Shown here: piece after piece, positions 9,414 to 18,615 of the stretch
How the letters are laid out: each line of letters opens with the position of its first letter
Numbering within the stretch: position 1 is the stretch's first letter
From: a virus
Direction: 5' to 3' (one strand)
Length of the DNA stretch: 64,000 bases
IMG/VR virus record: IMGVR_UViG_3300023174_000133
Location: 18,535-82,534 of that record
Made by a program: the position numbers and the translations under genes
The notes under the pieces: generated by a model
Databases searched by the model: none
The model's input: the letters and a program-made list of their open reading frames with translations, nothing else
What the model was told of the DNA's origin: nothing

Positions 9414-10730
9414 TTAGACTTTCGATTTTAGAATAGAAACTTTCGAAGCCGCAGCTATAAGAGCTTTTAAAGCCGGAGCTGTGATTACTAATTTAGCCAC
9501 GCTAGTAGTCCCAACAGTCGTTGGAGCTATGCTTTTTGCTATTTGCGAAGTCGAATCAGGAACTGAAGAAATCGTTTTTTCTGCAGTATCTTTCGAACTT
9601 TCTATAATCTTCTGCGAATTATATTGTTCAAGTGTGGTAGAAATTAATCGATTAATAAGAACAAGACCACCGTAGTCTTCATTCAACGGGTCACTTGACA
9701 TTTTTTGAGACACTTCGATTGCGCAATCAAGTCCTGAATCTACGACTTTTTTGGCAAACTCGTAAGACAACTCTGTGTCTTTAAGAGCTTCGGGCGTCGG
9801 TTTCGACATCGACGCAGTCTTTTTGAAAGATTCAATATCATTAACTAGAGCTTTCTTAAGAGTTTCGAAAAAAGAATCTTTGTCGATTGAGTCAAACAAA
9901 CTTTTATCAATCACGACTTGCTTCCCACCACGTCTTGCTGCGATATCTGACACGACGCCCTTCGCAACCTGTCGCGCAAAAACAGCAAATTGAAAATCTA
10001 AAGAACCGATTTCATTCGATGGTTTATCTAGAACCTGCCTCACAGATTCTACTGAAGAAACAGACTTTAAGAAATAATTCAGCGTCTTCGAATCATAGAT
10101 GCTCAAACCTCGCGTAGACAAATTAATTTCTTGCTTTAAGATTGTAATAGATTTTTCAATCGTATTCTTTAATAATTCATCGTTACCAGTATTAGATGTC
10201 CCAATGTCAATATGAGTATAACTCTTGGTATTAACGTAATTAGTGCTTACATCTTTAAGAGATAGATAACTTGATGCAGCCGACTGAACGATGGATGCAA
10301 CTCTACCATCTACTGTGCTCAAAGACGACGGTGGACTAACCAAATATTTCTTTATCGCGTCGAGGCTCTTCGATATAGAATACAAAGACATTCTCGTTGA
10401 ATAATCCATCGTCGAACTTCCATACCCAGCCAACGTCGTCTGTCTCGTATACGTGTCTAATAACATCTTCTGCACACTCGCGAGCATCTCTGGCGTGATA
10501 TCTTTCGAGTCGAATGGCGTTAACTTCGTCGACGATGCAGCGTCCGCCTCGACCTTTCCCGTCGCTTCTAGAGCCGCCTGACTAATCGAGACAATGACTG
10601 CAGGAGTGTTATCAACTGTTTGACTCGCTGCAGCTTTAATAGCAGTTGAAGCTGAAGGAGTAAGAGTCTTCATAATACTCGAACTCGGACTAACGAACTT
10701 CATCCCACTCAACGTTGCAACACTCGGCAT
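9414..10730 (-). CDS. Ser/Ala/Lys-rich hypothetical protein
   Basis: 438-aa ORF between tRNAs; SD-like site and ATACTTA box upstream; no recognised motif. Confidence 0.7.
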   Translation of the reverse strand: MPSVATLSGMKFVSPSSSIMKTLTPSASTAIKAAASQTVDNTPAVIVSISQAALEATGKVEADAASSTKLTPFDSKDITPEMLASVQKMLLDTYTRQTTLAGYGSSTMDYSTRMSLYSISKSLDAIKKYLVSPPSSLSTVDGRVASIVQSAASSYLSLKDVSTNYVNTKSYTHIDIGTSNTGNDELLKNTIEKSITILKQEINLSTRGLSIYDSKTLNYFLKSVSSVESVRQVLDKPSNEIGSLDFQFAVFARQVAKGVVSDIAARRGGKQVVIDKSLFDSIDKDSFFETLKKALVNDIESFKKTASMSKPTPEALKDTELSYEFAKKVVDSGLDCAIEVSQKMSSDPLNEDYGGLVLINRLISTTLEQYNSQKIIESSKDTAEKTISSVPDSTSQIAKSIAPTTVGTTSVAKLVITAPALKALIAAASKVSILKSKV

Positions 10731-10786
10731 CTTCCACCCCCTAATACATTATATTATTAAGTATGCGCTTTATACAAAACGCGAGG

Positions 10787-10872
10787 TGGTGGGTGAAGAA
10801 GGATTCGAACCTCCGTAGGCGTAAGCCGGCGGGTTTACAGCCCGCTCCCTTTGGCCGCTCGGGCATTCACCC
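10787..10872 (-). tRNA. tRNA-Tyr(GTA)
   Basis: Anticodon arm GCGGG-CT-GTA-AA-CCCGC; long variable arm; CCA. Confidence 0.95.
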
Positions 10873-10886
10873 AAAACTATATTAAA

Positions 10887-10961
10887 TGGTGGAGGATAGG
10901 GGAGTCAAACCCCTGACCCCCTGCGTGCAAAGCAGGTGCTCTCTCACTGAGCTAATCCCCC
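10887..10961 (-). tRNA. tRNA-Ala(TGC)
   Basis: Anticodon arm CCTGC-TT-TGC-AC-GCAGG; G3:U70; CCA. Confidence 0.95.
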
Positions 10962-10965
10962 GAAG

Positions 10966-11053
10966 TGGCGGAATCGGCCTGATTCGAACAGGCGGTATCT
11001 TTCGATACGGAAGTTTTCAAGACTTCTGGAATAAACCGCTCTCCCACGATTCC
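10966..11053 (-). tRNA. tRNA-Ser(TGA)
   Basis: Anticodon arm GAAGT-CT-TGA-AA-ACTTC; long variable arm; CCA. Confidence 0.95.
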
Positions 11054-11087
11054 TCTGAAAGAATATAATACAATAAATTCTACATTT

Positions 11088-11357
11088 TTAAACTAAAATA
11101 TCCCAATCATCGCTCCAATCCCGGTCAAGGCTATCGTACGACCAAGTGGTGCCACCCGCCAACACCGTCCACACGAAACCGTATTCTTCACCACCCTCAA
11201 TGGCCACCAGCAACGCCCTATCACCCGGTGCAAAGTAGATAAAATCCCCAGGCTCGTTCGGTCCAATGGGCGTCACAATAAAATTAATCAAGTGAATCCG
11301 ACACTTCGCGACTAAAATATCACCGGGTTTGGGTTGACGATTCATTTCGTTATTCAC
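11088..11357 (-). CDS. Small beta-rich (SH3/KOW-like) hypothetical protein
   Basis: PKPGDILVA ... WSDDWDIL; paralog of its two upstream neighbours. Confidence 0.65.
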   Translation of the reverse strand: MNNEMNRQPKPGDILVAKCRIHLINFIVTPIGPNEPGDFIYFAPGDRALLVAIEGGEEYGFVWTVLAGGTTWSYDSLDRDWSDDWDILV

Positions 11358-11629
11358 TCTTCATCGCTCCCGATTAGGTCCCAATCATCGTCCCATACAC
11401 TCGGCGTCTCATAATCATAGATGTTCCCATCCGAAAATACACGCCAAATCCCAGTATTAAAAAAGATATCGACGATGATAACAGCATCACCCATTTCAAA
11501 ATCTCGTACGCTGGAATAGGAATAGGTCGTGTGGTTCTTCTCGTCGATGCACGGCACCCATAGGGTCAAGTTCTCCCTCGCCACGAGGATATCACCGACA
11601 CGAGGTATTCGAGGTTCGTCGGCACTCAT
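11354..11629 (-). CDS. Small beta-rich (SH3/KOW-like) hypothetical protein
   Basis: PRVGDILVA ... WDDDWDLI; ATGA overlap with the upstream gene. Confidence 0.65.
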   Translation of the reverse strand: MSADEPRIPRVGDILVARENLTLWVPCIDEKNHTTYSYSSVRDFEMGDAVIIVDIFFNTGIWRVFSDGNIYDYETPSVWDDDWDLIGSDEE

Positions 11630-11868
11630 TCCTTCCCCCAACTCACGACGTCCCAATTGTTCTTCCAGCCTTCGTCGTGAACCCAGAGATTGAACCAATG
11701 CACGATTCCACGGCGGGAAGATAGCGTCCAGCATCCTGGGTAAGGTCTCTTTGAAACCTCAAGAAGTAGAAATCGCTCGCCACGCTCGGTCGACGTCCAC
11801 TCGTTTAAACCGAACGAGAGGTCATTCTTGCACCGGGCATTAAGAATCGTTCCGGACGGAGGCGACAT
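11626..11868 (-). CDS. Small beta-rich hypothetical protein
   Basis: PPSGTILNARC ... WKNNWDVV; same family as the two downstream genes. Confidence 0.6.
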   Translation of the reverse strand: MSPPSGTILNARCKNDLSFGLNEWTSTERGERFLLLEVSKRPYPGCWTLSSRRGIVHWFNLWVHDEGWKNNWDVVSWGKE

Positions 11869-11890
11869 CGTGACACCTTAATCGTGGTTA

Positions 11891-11934
11891 CAAAATAATA
11901 TAACCCGCGAATCCAAAAATGGACAGGCGGGTTA
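11891..11934. repeat. 44-bp direct repeat copy 1 (early promoter plus stem-loop)
   Basis: CAAAATAATATAACCCGCGAATCCAAAAATGGACAGGCGGGTTA, identical to 12859-12902. Confidence 0.95.
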
Positions 11935-11961
11935 TGAGATTGTATCAAATTAAGTAGAGAA

Positions 11962-12780
11962 CTAGACTCTCGCGCAAATCATCTTGCCTCGAGCGTTCTT
12001 ACGGAACTCGTCACCAGCTCGCTTGACCAATGCGCGTAGTTCTTCGAGCTCAGGAATGGTCTCACCTGTCGCATCTTGATTGTAATGAAACCCTCGACCC
12101 GTAATGAGTTCCTGACACATAATTTCTGAGGAAACATCTTCAGTTGAAGACTCAGGTAACGTGCCATCTCTCGCCGATGCCATCGTCAAAGCTTTAAATT
12201 TCGTCGCGACAAGACACTTTTTCTGGACTAGTCTAAAAGTTGGTGCCAACTTATACGCGATATCAGAACCACCACCAGACGCTTGCGAATCAAATATTGC
12301 GTGCATTACCATCCAAGGAGACGGCAACGCACCCTGAAACATATTGATGTTTGAAATAAGTATGATTAAATCATTAGAACCAACTTGATTCACTAATGCG
12401 GGGTCGTACCCAACAGTTATGAGAGCTTCCTTGCCATCCTCAATGGGCATAATCATCGCTCGGCCGGCCCAATCATCACTATCGTCAACATTGATTCCTA
12501 CTTCCTCGAAAGCGCTCCCACCGCCCGCGATACCCGCAACAGTCGCAATCCATACATTAAATGGAATATTCTTGTAGTAAGCAGACGCTTTCTTCAACCA
12601 AGAACCAGACTGCGTGTATTTTTTTACTGCGAGTTGCTGCTTGGCGTCAGCAGGTTCTCCACCAAAATCCGTACCATCGACCGCGCCAAGACTACCCGCA
12701 AATGCCATCTCATCCAGACTACGCTCGATTTCCTCTCGAACGATTCGTCGCAATCTAGACTCTGTCAATCTAATCGCCAT
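11962..12780 (-). CDS. Tagged hypothetical protein, paralog of 51718-52539
   Basis: MAIRLTESRLRRIVREEIERSLDE; shares PWM.xHA..D, ALTMASARxG and E..CQEL.T with 51718-52539. Confidence 0.8.
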   Translation of the reverse strand: MAIRLTESRLRRIVREEIERSLDEMAFAGSLGAVDGTDFGGEPADAKQQLAVKKYTQSGSWLKKASAYYKNIPFNVWIATVAGIAGGGSAFEEVGINVDDSDDWAGRAMIMPIEDGKEALITVGYDPALVNQVGSNDLIILISNINMFQGALPSPWMVMHAIFDSQASGGGSDIAYKLAPTFRLVQKKCLVATKFKALTMASARDGTLPESSTEDVSSEIMCQELITGRGFHYNQDATGETIPELEELRALVKRAGDEFRKNARGKMICARV

Positions 12781-12858
12781 ATCATAACCTCGCAGCGTGG
12801 AAACATTCAACACACTTATTGGTATATATGGGGCATTGTGGCATGTTGGATGCGGTTG

Positions 12859-12902
12859 CAAAATAATATAACCCGCGAATCCAAAAATGGACAGGCGGGT
12901 TA
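12859..12902. repeat. 44-bp direct repeat copy 2
   Basis: Identical to 11891-11934. Confidence 0.95.
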
Positions 12903-12931
12903 CAAATTTTATTTAACGTTTTTAGTCGTTA

Positions 12932-13279
12932 TCAGACGCTGGAGATGAGAGCCGAGTCCCATAACAAATCGATATCTACGTCTTTGCGAGAACCCGTTTC
13001 ATCTTCAATCGTCGCAAGACCCTCTTCTTCATCGACAGCGACAACCTTAAAAGAATCAGCAACCCAGCAACGTCTCTGCCCAACCTTTAATTCAGGCGCA
13101 GTCTCTTTCGGAGCATTTGCCCAAGGAGCATAATCCATAGGGTCATCATAACCACCCGGAGCCATCGCACCCTTACCAACTCGTTTCTTATATCCAGCGG
13201 CGACGCTAATCTCACTAATCCTACGAGCTTCTTCCCTAATAATCTGACGCAACTTAGACTCTGACAACTTAATAGCCAT
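12932..13279 (-). CDS. Tagged hypothetical protein with C-terminal SH3-like domain
   Basis: MAIKLSESKLRQIIREEARRISE; LKVGQRRCW...FKVVAVD. Confidence 0.75.
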   Translation of the reverse strand: MAIKLSESKLRQIIREEARRISEISVAAGYKKRVGKGAMAPGGYDDPMDYAPWANAPKETAPELKVGQRRCWVADSFKVVAVDEEEGLATIEDETGSRKDVDIDLLWDSALISSV

Positions 13280-13347
13280 CTTGTAATCCCCCGGCGCTGA
13301 AACATTCAACGCGCTTATTGGTATATATGGGGCACAGACTATCAGAA

Positions 13348-13420
13348 TATCCCCGACACGAATTGAACGTGCGACCTACTGATTAGGAATCAGTTGCTCT
13401 ATCCACTGAGCTACGGAGAC
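13348..13420 (-). tRNA. tRNA-Arg(CCT)
   Basis: Anticodon arm ACTGA-TT-CCT-AA-TCAGT; no encoded CCA. Confidence 0.92.
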
Positions 13421-13424
13421 AAAA

Positions 13425-14081
13425 TTAAAAATTAAATTTTCTACCCTTAATCCATCCTTGAGAAAGCCACTGCTCAAGTTCTTCTTTTTTGATTTTTTTA
13501 CTAACCTTCTCTTCTAAAGAATGGACCCAACAAGTTCCATATTGCGAATTCTTTTCACCTAATTGACTAATCGCATTCGCTTTACCAATTTTTTCTTTGG
13601 TTTCTTCTCGATGCGTTTTACCAGTCCAGTCAGGAGCTTTGAACTTCCCTTCTTTAAAATACTGTCGATTTCTTTCTGCAACTCGTAAAGATGTATTTTT
13701 TCTAAACTCTGGATTTTGCCAACACTTAAAGAAGGCTATAGAACCAGCTTTCGCTTTATTAGCTTTTATTATTTTTTCATCGCCATGATTCGCAGCGTAC
13801 CACCCGCCGTTTCCACCTGTTGTCATATTATAAGTTTCATTTGATTTTACGAAATCTTCAGTAACCAATGACTTTTCAAATAGAAATGCTTCGTCACTAG
13901 TATCAAAAAATTGTATTATTTCTTTTTTAAAGTTTTCAATACCATATTTTTTGATAGCTCTATTTAAAAGTAGACCACTTCCCATATATTCATCGTCGAT
14001 TTTGGAAGTTGAATGTTTACCGATATAGATTTTACCATCTAATAGATTCGTGATTTTATAGACATAATGATAGTGTTGCAT
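13425..14081 (-). mobile_element. Free-standing GIY-YIG homing endonuclease (Seg-like) with NUMOD3-like motif
   Basis: YVYKITNLLDGKIYIGKH, YMGSG, YGIENF, YNMTTGGNGG, GKTHREETKEKIG; AT-rich; inside the tRNA array. Confidence 0.9.
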
Positions 14082-14123
14082 ATCATTATATATCAATGAT
14101 TAGTTCGAATCGCGAAAAAAGAA

Positions 14124-14198
14124 TGGGATTGACGGGGTTCGAACCCGTGACTGTCGGCTTAAAAGGCCGCTACTCTTCCTAAACTGAGTTACAATCCC
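14124..14198 (-). tRNA. tRNA-Lys(TTT)
   Basis: Anticodon loop CT-TTT-AA; no encoded CCA after the discriminator. Confidence 0.9.
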
Positions 14199-14206
14199 GT
14201 GAAATA

Positions 14207-14278
14207 TGCGTCCACCTGGATTCGAACCAGGAATGCAAGTTTAGAAGACTCGTGTGATATCCCTTTCACCATGAACGC
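14207..14278 (-). tRNA. tRNA-Arg(TCT)
   Basis: Anticodon arm CGAGT-CT-TCT-AA-ACTTG; no encoded CCA. Confidence 0.9.
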
Positions 14279-14302
14279 GCAAAACGATTTAAAAGAAAAA
14301 AG

Positions 14303-14377
14303 TGGAGCCAGCACGCGGATTTGAACCGCGGACCTACAGATTACAAATCTGTTGCACTGCCGCTGTGCTATGCTGGC
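14303..14377 (-). tRNA. tRNA-Thr(TGT)
   Basis: Anticodon arm ACAGA-TT-TGT-AA-TCTGT; CCA. Confidence 0.95.
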
Positions 14378-14392
14378 TTTTAAAGTTTTAAA

Positions 14393-14465
14393 TGCCGAAG
14401 GTGAGATTCGAACTCACGCTTGATCGATTTTGAGTCGATGGCCTCTGCCGCTGGGCTACTTCGGC
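14393..14465 (-). tRNA. tRNA-Leu(CAA) with a short variable loop
   Basis: Anticodon arm ATCGA-CT-CAA-AA-TCGAT; 5-nt variable loop; A73; no CCA. Confidence 0.85.
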
Positions 14466-14478
14466 GTAAAAATTAAAG

Positions 14479-14555
14479 TGGCGTCCGAGGTGTGACTTGA
14501 ACACACGACCCTCTGATTAACAGTCAAATGCTCTAACCAACTGAGCTACACGGAC
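14479..14555 (-). tRNA. tRNA-Asn(GTT)
   Basis: Anticodon arm TTTGA-CT-GTT-AA-TCAGA; G73; CCA. Confidence 0.95.
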
Positions 14556-14597
14556 GTTTTATCTTTTATTGTCTCCTTATTGGCGACTGACAAAGAT

Positions 14598-14629
14598 AAT
14601 ATAACCTGTTTATCCCGTCTTTACAGGTT
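14598..14629 (-). promoter_or_regulatory. Early-type promoter driving the tRNA array
   Basis: CCTGTAAA-N16-TATATT with AACCTGT...ACAGGTT dyad. Confidence 0.7.
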
Positions 14630-14700
14630 GCCTGCGCACTTTTTTGAGATTATTTTGTGTCCCGGCGCCTGTATATTTAGTGATATTACGGAGAACTATT

Positions 14701-16587
14701 GTGAGCTATAGAAACTTGCGCCTTATTATCGAGTCCCTTTTATTAGAGGGAGTCAAGGACGACCTGATTGAGCTGTATCCAGACCACGCTCAAGACATTA
14801 AATTGTTGCAGCCGAAGTGGTTCGGTTGGTTGAGTGCTAGGTTTGGAAAGAATCCAAGCAGGGAAGAGACCCATCCATTCGCTGATGCATTAGAAACAGT
14901 GAAGGCATTTTCAATGAAGGATTCTGCGATAAGTGCAAAATACAAGACAAACGAGCAATTTAAGACAGCTGTTGACGAGGCATTCCCACCAGATTCTCGC
15001 TCTTGGGAAAATCCCTCCGATCCGTCTAATATGACTGTCGACGAGATGGAGACAATCCTCTCGCTATCAGAGAGAAAGAAACAACGGTTCGAAGTAAAGA
15101 CGGCGGCGGTCGAGAACGATAAGGTAGGGAAGGTTGGTCCCTGGAATTTGTGGTTACCATCTTCTAGAGACAATAGTTGTTACATAGCCGGATATGACCC
15201 AGAGACGATGCAACCGAAGACGACATGGTGCACGGCAAGAATGTCTGGTTCTAATTTATTCTATAGTTACGCCAGTAATCCAAAATTAATTTTATTTTAT
15301 GTAATCAAAGATGACGCGATAGATTACAAAGATAGATTGTCTATTGGATTTATGGATGGGAAACCTGTTCTTGAAGGAACGTATGGTGGTTTGTCAGTTG
15401 ATGCAACAAACAAAGGATTGACAGATAAAATACTTCGCGAAATTTTAGGTTCACATTACGAAGGGGTCATGAAGGTTCTCGAAGACAAAGTAAAAGAGAG
15501 TAAAGGTGTAAGTCCTTACGGTGAAAAATTCGCAGAAGCAGCAATATCAGTCGAAGCATTTAAGGGAATGACCACAGGACTTTCAAAGGATGAACAAGCA
15601 GACTTGATATCGCAGATTCTAAAAGAGAAAAAAATCTCAGATGAAGTATATCTCTACTGTGCCCAGAACAAACATCCGAAAGTCGTTGACAGTCTTATGC
15701 GAAGCAATGCACCAGCATACATTAAGAAGAAGGTCGCAGAGAGTGACGACCCAGTCGTTATGAAACGAACTGTGCATAGCGAGTTCTTCCCAGAAGAGAA
15801 TTTTCGTAAATTGTTTAATATTGCTATAAAGAATCCTGGTGAATATTGGGAAGCGCTTAAGGAAATGTCATCTAATAAAAATACGCCAGAAGACGTTCTA
15901 GAAAAATTGGCAGATGTTGATATTGATGATACTAACATGATACAAACCAAGTTAGCAAAAAATCCATCTATTCCACATAATATTTTAACAAAACTATTCG
16001 ACAGAGCGTTAAATGGAAAAGAGCGCATTAATATTAGCATTATTACTGCTATCGTGTCGAACAAAGGCGCATCGAGCGATATCTTGAAAAAAATGTTTGA
16101 GATTCGTTCGAAATTTTCCTCGCCAGAAGACATGGTGGTGCGGATTGCAGGTAATCCGTCGACGCCAGAGGAAATTTTAAGGAAAATAATGGATGGCGAA
16201 GAGTCAAAACAGAATGGTAAGAAAAGATCTTTGCGTGCGAGCCTGGCGTTAGCTGGAAATCCCGCAATACCAAACGACATTTTAGATACTCTAGTTAATG
16301 AGGGAAATATAGATGTACTTCACGTGGCTATAAGTAATCCTGCAACGTCAGAAAGTCTTCTAAAGAAAATAATCAGTTTCGGAAACGATGAATTAACCCT
16401 ACGCATACTTTATGCAGCAGAAAAAAATCTCAATTTATCGAACGAAGTGTTACATGATTTTGCGAAGTCTACAAATGATAAGTTGAGGAAGGCAGCGAAA
16501 CAAAGCGTCAAAGCAAGAAAGTTAATGAAATCAGGAGCCAGTCAAAATGAATCCAGACTCAGAGAGTTCATTAGAATGATTTTATGA
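14701..16587 (+). CDS. Protein with an N-terminal WCT-motif domain and C-terminal LRV/HEAT-like helical repeats; tagged at both ends
   Basis: GTG start after GGAG; NLRLIIESLLLE at N-terminus and QNESRLREFIRMIL at C-terminus; repeated A.NP.TPE..L..L. Confidence 0.75.
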   Translation: MSYRNLRLIIESLLLEGVKDDLIELYPDHAQDIKLLQPKWFGWLSARFGKNPSREETHPFADALETVKAFSMKDSAISAKYKTNEQFKTAVDEAFPPDSRSWENPSDPSNMTVDEMETILSLSERKKQRFEVKTAAVENDKVGKVGPWNLWLPSSRDNSCYIAGYDPETMQPKTTWCTARMSGSNLFYSYASNPKLILFYVIKDDAIDYKDRLSIGFMDGKPVLEGTYGGLSVDATNKGLTDKILREILGSHYEGVMKVLEDKVKESKGVSPYGEKFAEAAISVEAFKGMTTGLSKDEQADLISQILKEKKISDEVYLYCAQNKHPKVVDSLMRSNAPAYIKKKVAESDDPVVMKRTVHSEFFPEENFRKLFNIAIKNPGEYWEALKEMSSNKNTPEDVLEKLADVDIDDTNMIQTKLAKNPSIPHNILTKLFDRALNGKERINISIITAIVSNKGASSDILKKMFEIRSKFSSPEDMVVRIAGNPSTPEEILRKIMDGEESKQNGKKRSLRASLALAGNPAIPNDILDTLVNEGNIDVLHVAISNPATSESLLKKIISFGNDELTLRILYAAEKNLNLSNEVLHDFAKSTNDKLRKAAKQSVKARKLMKSGASQNESRLREFIRMIL

Positions 16588-16691
16588 TTCGAGTCTATTG
16601 CGTTTTATATTAGTTCTTCAAAATTTTACAATTTTTCTAGATAATTTTGACTGTCTGCACACTTTTTGAGAAATTATTCTACATATGTATT

Positions 16692-17366
16692 TTAAAATCT
16701 ATAAAGATATCCTGTCGTACAGTTCGAAGTTTTGTCGCAGATAATTTCATCGCCGACGCTGTCGTAAAAGACGAAGACAGGTTCTCCTAAAATACTTAGG
16801 TAAGGTTCTTGATTTAGATTAATTCCTCTACTAGAGAATCCATCATAATCAAAGAGTTCGTTATTTTCTTTTTGGCTACTATTTGTTATTAGAGCGAATT
16901 TTGTCTTTCTTTTGATTGTTTCTAAAGCTCTGACGTTATAACGAGTAATGAGATGTTCTAGTGTGTGTCGACACATGATAAGGTCAAAGTAACCGTCTTC
17001 ATATTTTTCTAGAGAATCGATCATATCACCACAGATAAATTTTATTCGATCGTTGGAGAACTTTTCGTTATTTGTATTCACGAGTGCTTCTACGATGTCA
17101 TTACCCACGTAATCAGGTAGTTTATCTTCGATGGTTCGCATCCAATTCCAGTCACCAGATGAACAGTCGAAGATTTTTTTTATATTTTCTCGTCTGATTA
17201 TATCTAGTAAGTTTTTTCTAAAAGATTGCGTATAGAGCATAGATGACCCAAGACCTGATTTCGATTCGCCACTGCCCATATTCCATCGATCTTTGACATA
17301 AGTTCTAGTAAAAACAATTCTATTAAAATCTCTAAAGTGAAGCGCAACTACTTTTTCATCGTTCAT
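16692..17366 (-). CDS. Class I SAM-dependent methyltransferase
   Basis: SGLGSS, IFDCSSGDWNWM, YVGNDIV, DLIMCRHTLEHL. Confidence 0.8.
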   Translation of the reverse strand: MNDEKVVALHFRDFNRIVFTRTYVKDRWNMGSGESKSGLGSSMLYTQSFRKNLLDIIRRENIKKIFDCSSGDWNWMRTIEDKLPDYVGNDIVEALVNTNNEKFSNDRIKFICGDMIDSLEKYEDGYFDLIMCRHTLEHLITRYNVRALETIKRKTKFALITNSSQKENNELFDYDGFSSRGINLNQEPYLSILGEPVFVFYDSVGDEIICDKTSNCTTGYLYRF

Positions 17367-17451
17367 GTATACCTCGATTACACTTTTTAAAATGTAATGA
17401 GATTATCGAAGCTTTACATATCGATCATAAACTTTTCAGATCGAATGCGTA

Positions 17452-17721
17452 TTAAGTAGACTCTGTAATTTTTAAGACCAGGTCGCCTCGACCTTTAATC
17501 AATCTGTGCCATTCGTCTCGAGGAATCCAGAACTTATCGCCTTCGTTCATCACGCGGGGTAATTTGTCCTCTAATTGTATTTGCCAGCCAGAAGACGATA
17601 CAACTTCGACCAGTCTATCATTTGCGTCTCGATGCCAGACGAGTTCTTCATCGATCGTATTGCCTGAGAACGTTCTCACTTTTACGTCACCAGCGAGCAC
17701 GTCCCTATAGGGCTTCGACAA
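17452..17721 (-). CDS. Small cupin-like phage protein
   Basis: ELVWHRD, GWQIQLE, IPRDEWHRLIKG. Confidence 0.7.
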   Translation of the reverse strand: MSKPYRDVLAGDVKVRTFSGNTIDEELVWHRDANDRLVEVVSSSGWQIQLEDKLPRVMNEGDKFWIPRDEWHRLIKGRGDLVLKITEST

Positions 17722-17722
17722 A

Positions 17723-18292
17723 TTACCACCTGCCCTTGAAATTTAGACCGAGTTGTTTCTTATAACGGTGCAGGTTACAGCTCCACCACCGAGCTTTCCA
17801 GCGAGGTCCGGGACTATCACAGTTGTGTCTGGCCAAGAATGATTTGACGCGTTCTGGGTTGTGCGTCTTTATTCGCATCCCTGATTGTCCGAATCCTAGT
17901 TTTATGACGTTTCCCTTATCGTTTTTGACATAGACTGCAAACTTTTTGCCACCACCAGAGTCGCGAAATGGTTTATTGAGCGTGACAGTCTTGCCACGAT
18001 ACTCTGCTTCGTTTAGATTTTCTTCAAATGGACAATCTAACGGCACAACTTGACCTTCGAATATCCCCCAGCGACCGATGTCGGTGTTTTCTAAGAGCCA
18101 CGCGTCGTTTTCACAGAGTTGTATTTCGCCAAGTTCCCATAGCATCCTTGCTTCTGACATAAGCGTGACGTGGCCCAGAGAACCCCAACGATAGACGGAT
18201 TCGAATAACGGCACATCATTTTTAGCGTGCCATAGTAGGCCTTCGCTGGCTATAGACGCATTTTCAAGACGGATTTTTTTATTGTTTCGCAT
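17723..18292 (-). CDS. Conserved phage protein with basic C-terminal domain
   Basis: LNE-AEYRGKTVTLNKPFR...FLARHNC...ARWWSC; ATATTTA box upstream. Confidence 0.7.
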   Translation of the reverse strand: MRNNKKIRLENASIASEGLLWHAKNDVPLFESVYRWGSLGHVTLMSEARMLWELGEIQLCENDAWLLENTDIGRWGIFEGQVVPLDCPFEENLNEAEYRGKTVTLNKPFRDSGGGKKFAVYVKNDKGNVIKLGFGQSGMRIKTHNPERVKSFLARHNCDSPGPRWKARWWSCNLHRYKKQLGLNFKGRW

Positions 18293-18308
18293 GATATTAA
18301 ATATCTAA

Positions 18309-18584
18309 TCACACGCCTTTGAAATGTTCTATGAGACGAAGAATATCATTGTGTGGTTCAAGCCCAGTGCTTTTCATTTTTGCGACTTCATCGTGACATG
18401 CGTTTATGAGGTGTTGGCGTTCGCCCCATGCCTCAACGAATCCCTGACATTGGAACGATCTAAGGACAGTAAGGAGCGAGAGGAGAGTATCGGGCACATC
18501 GGCTTGTGAGCCTGGTTTGTTTCGACGCATCTCCTCTAGCATTTTGTTGATTTCTTCACAATTCATGATGACTCCATACTTCAA
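18309..18584 (-). CDS. Hypothetical protein
   Basis: ORF in the operon context; ATATTTA box upstream. Confidence 0.55.
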   Translation of the reverse strand: MKYGVIMNCEEINKMLEEMRRNKPGSQADVPDTLLSLLTVLRSFQCQGFVEAWGERQHLINACHDEVAKMKSTGLEPHNDILRLIEHFKGV

Positions 18585-18615
18585 ATGTTAAATATGGAGC
18601 TAAACAACATGAATG

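Noticed and set aside
9414-10730. FlgM-like or flagellar-export-like motif (PAVIVSISQAA); also the C-terminal GTGRLVSVHA of 24943-25104
   Set aside because: The motifs are too short and low in complexity to support a call without a profile search.
10886-11068. 60-aa ORF, and similar ORFs over tRNAs such as 5623-5928
   Set aside because: Antisense to tRNA genes.
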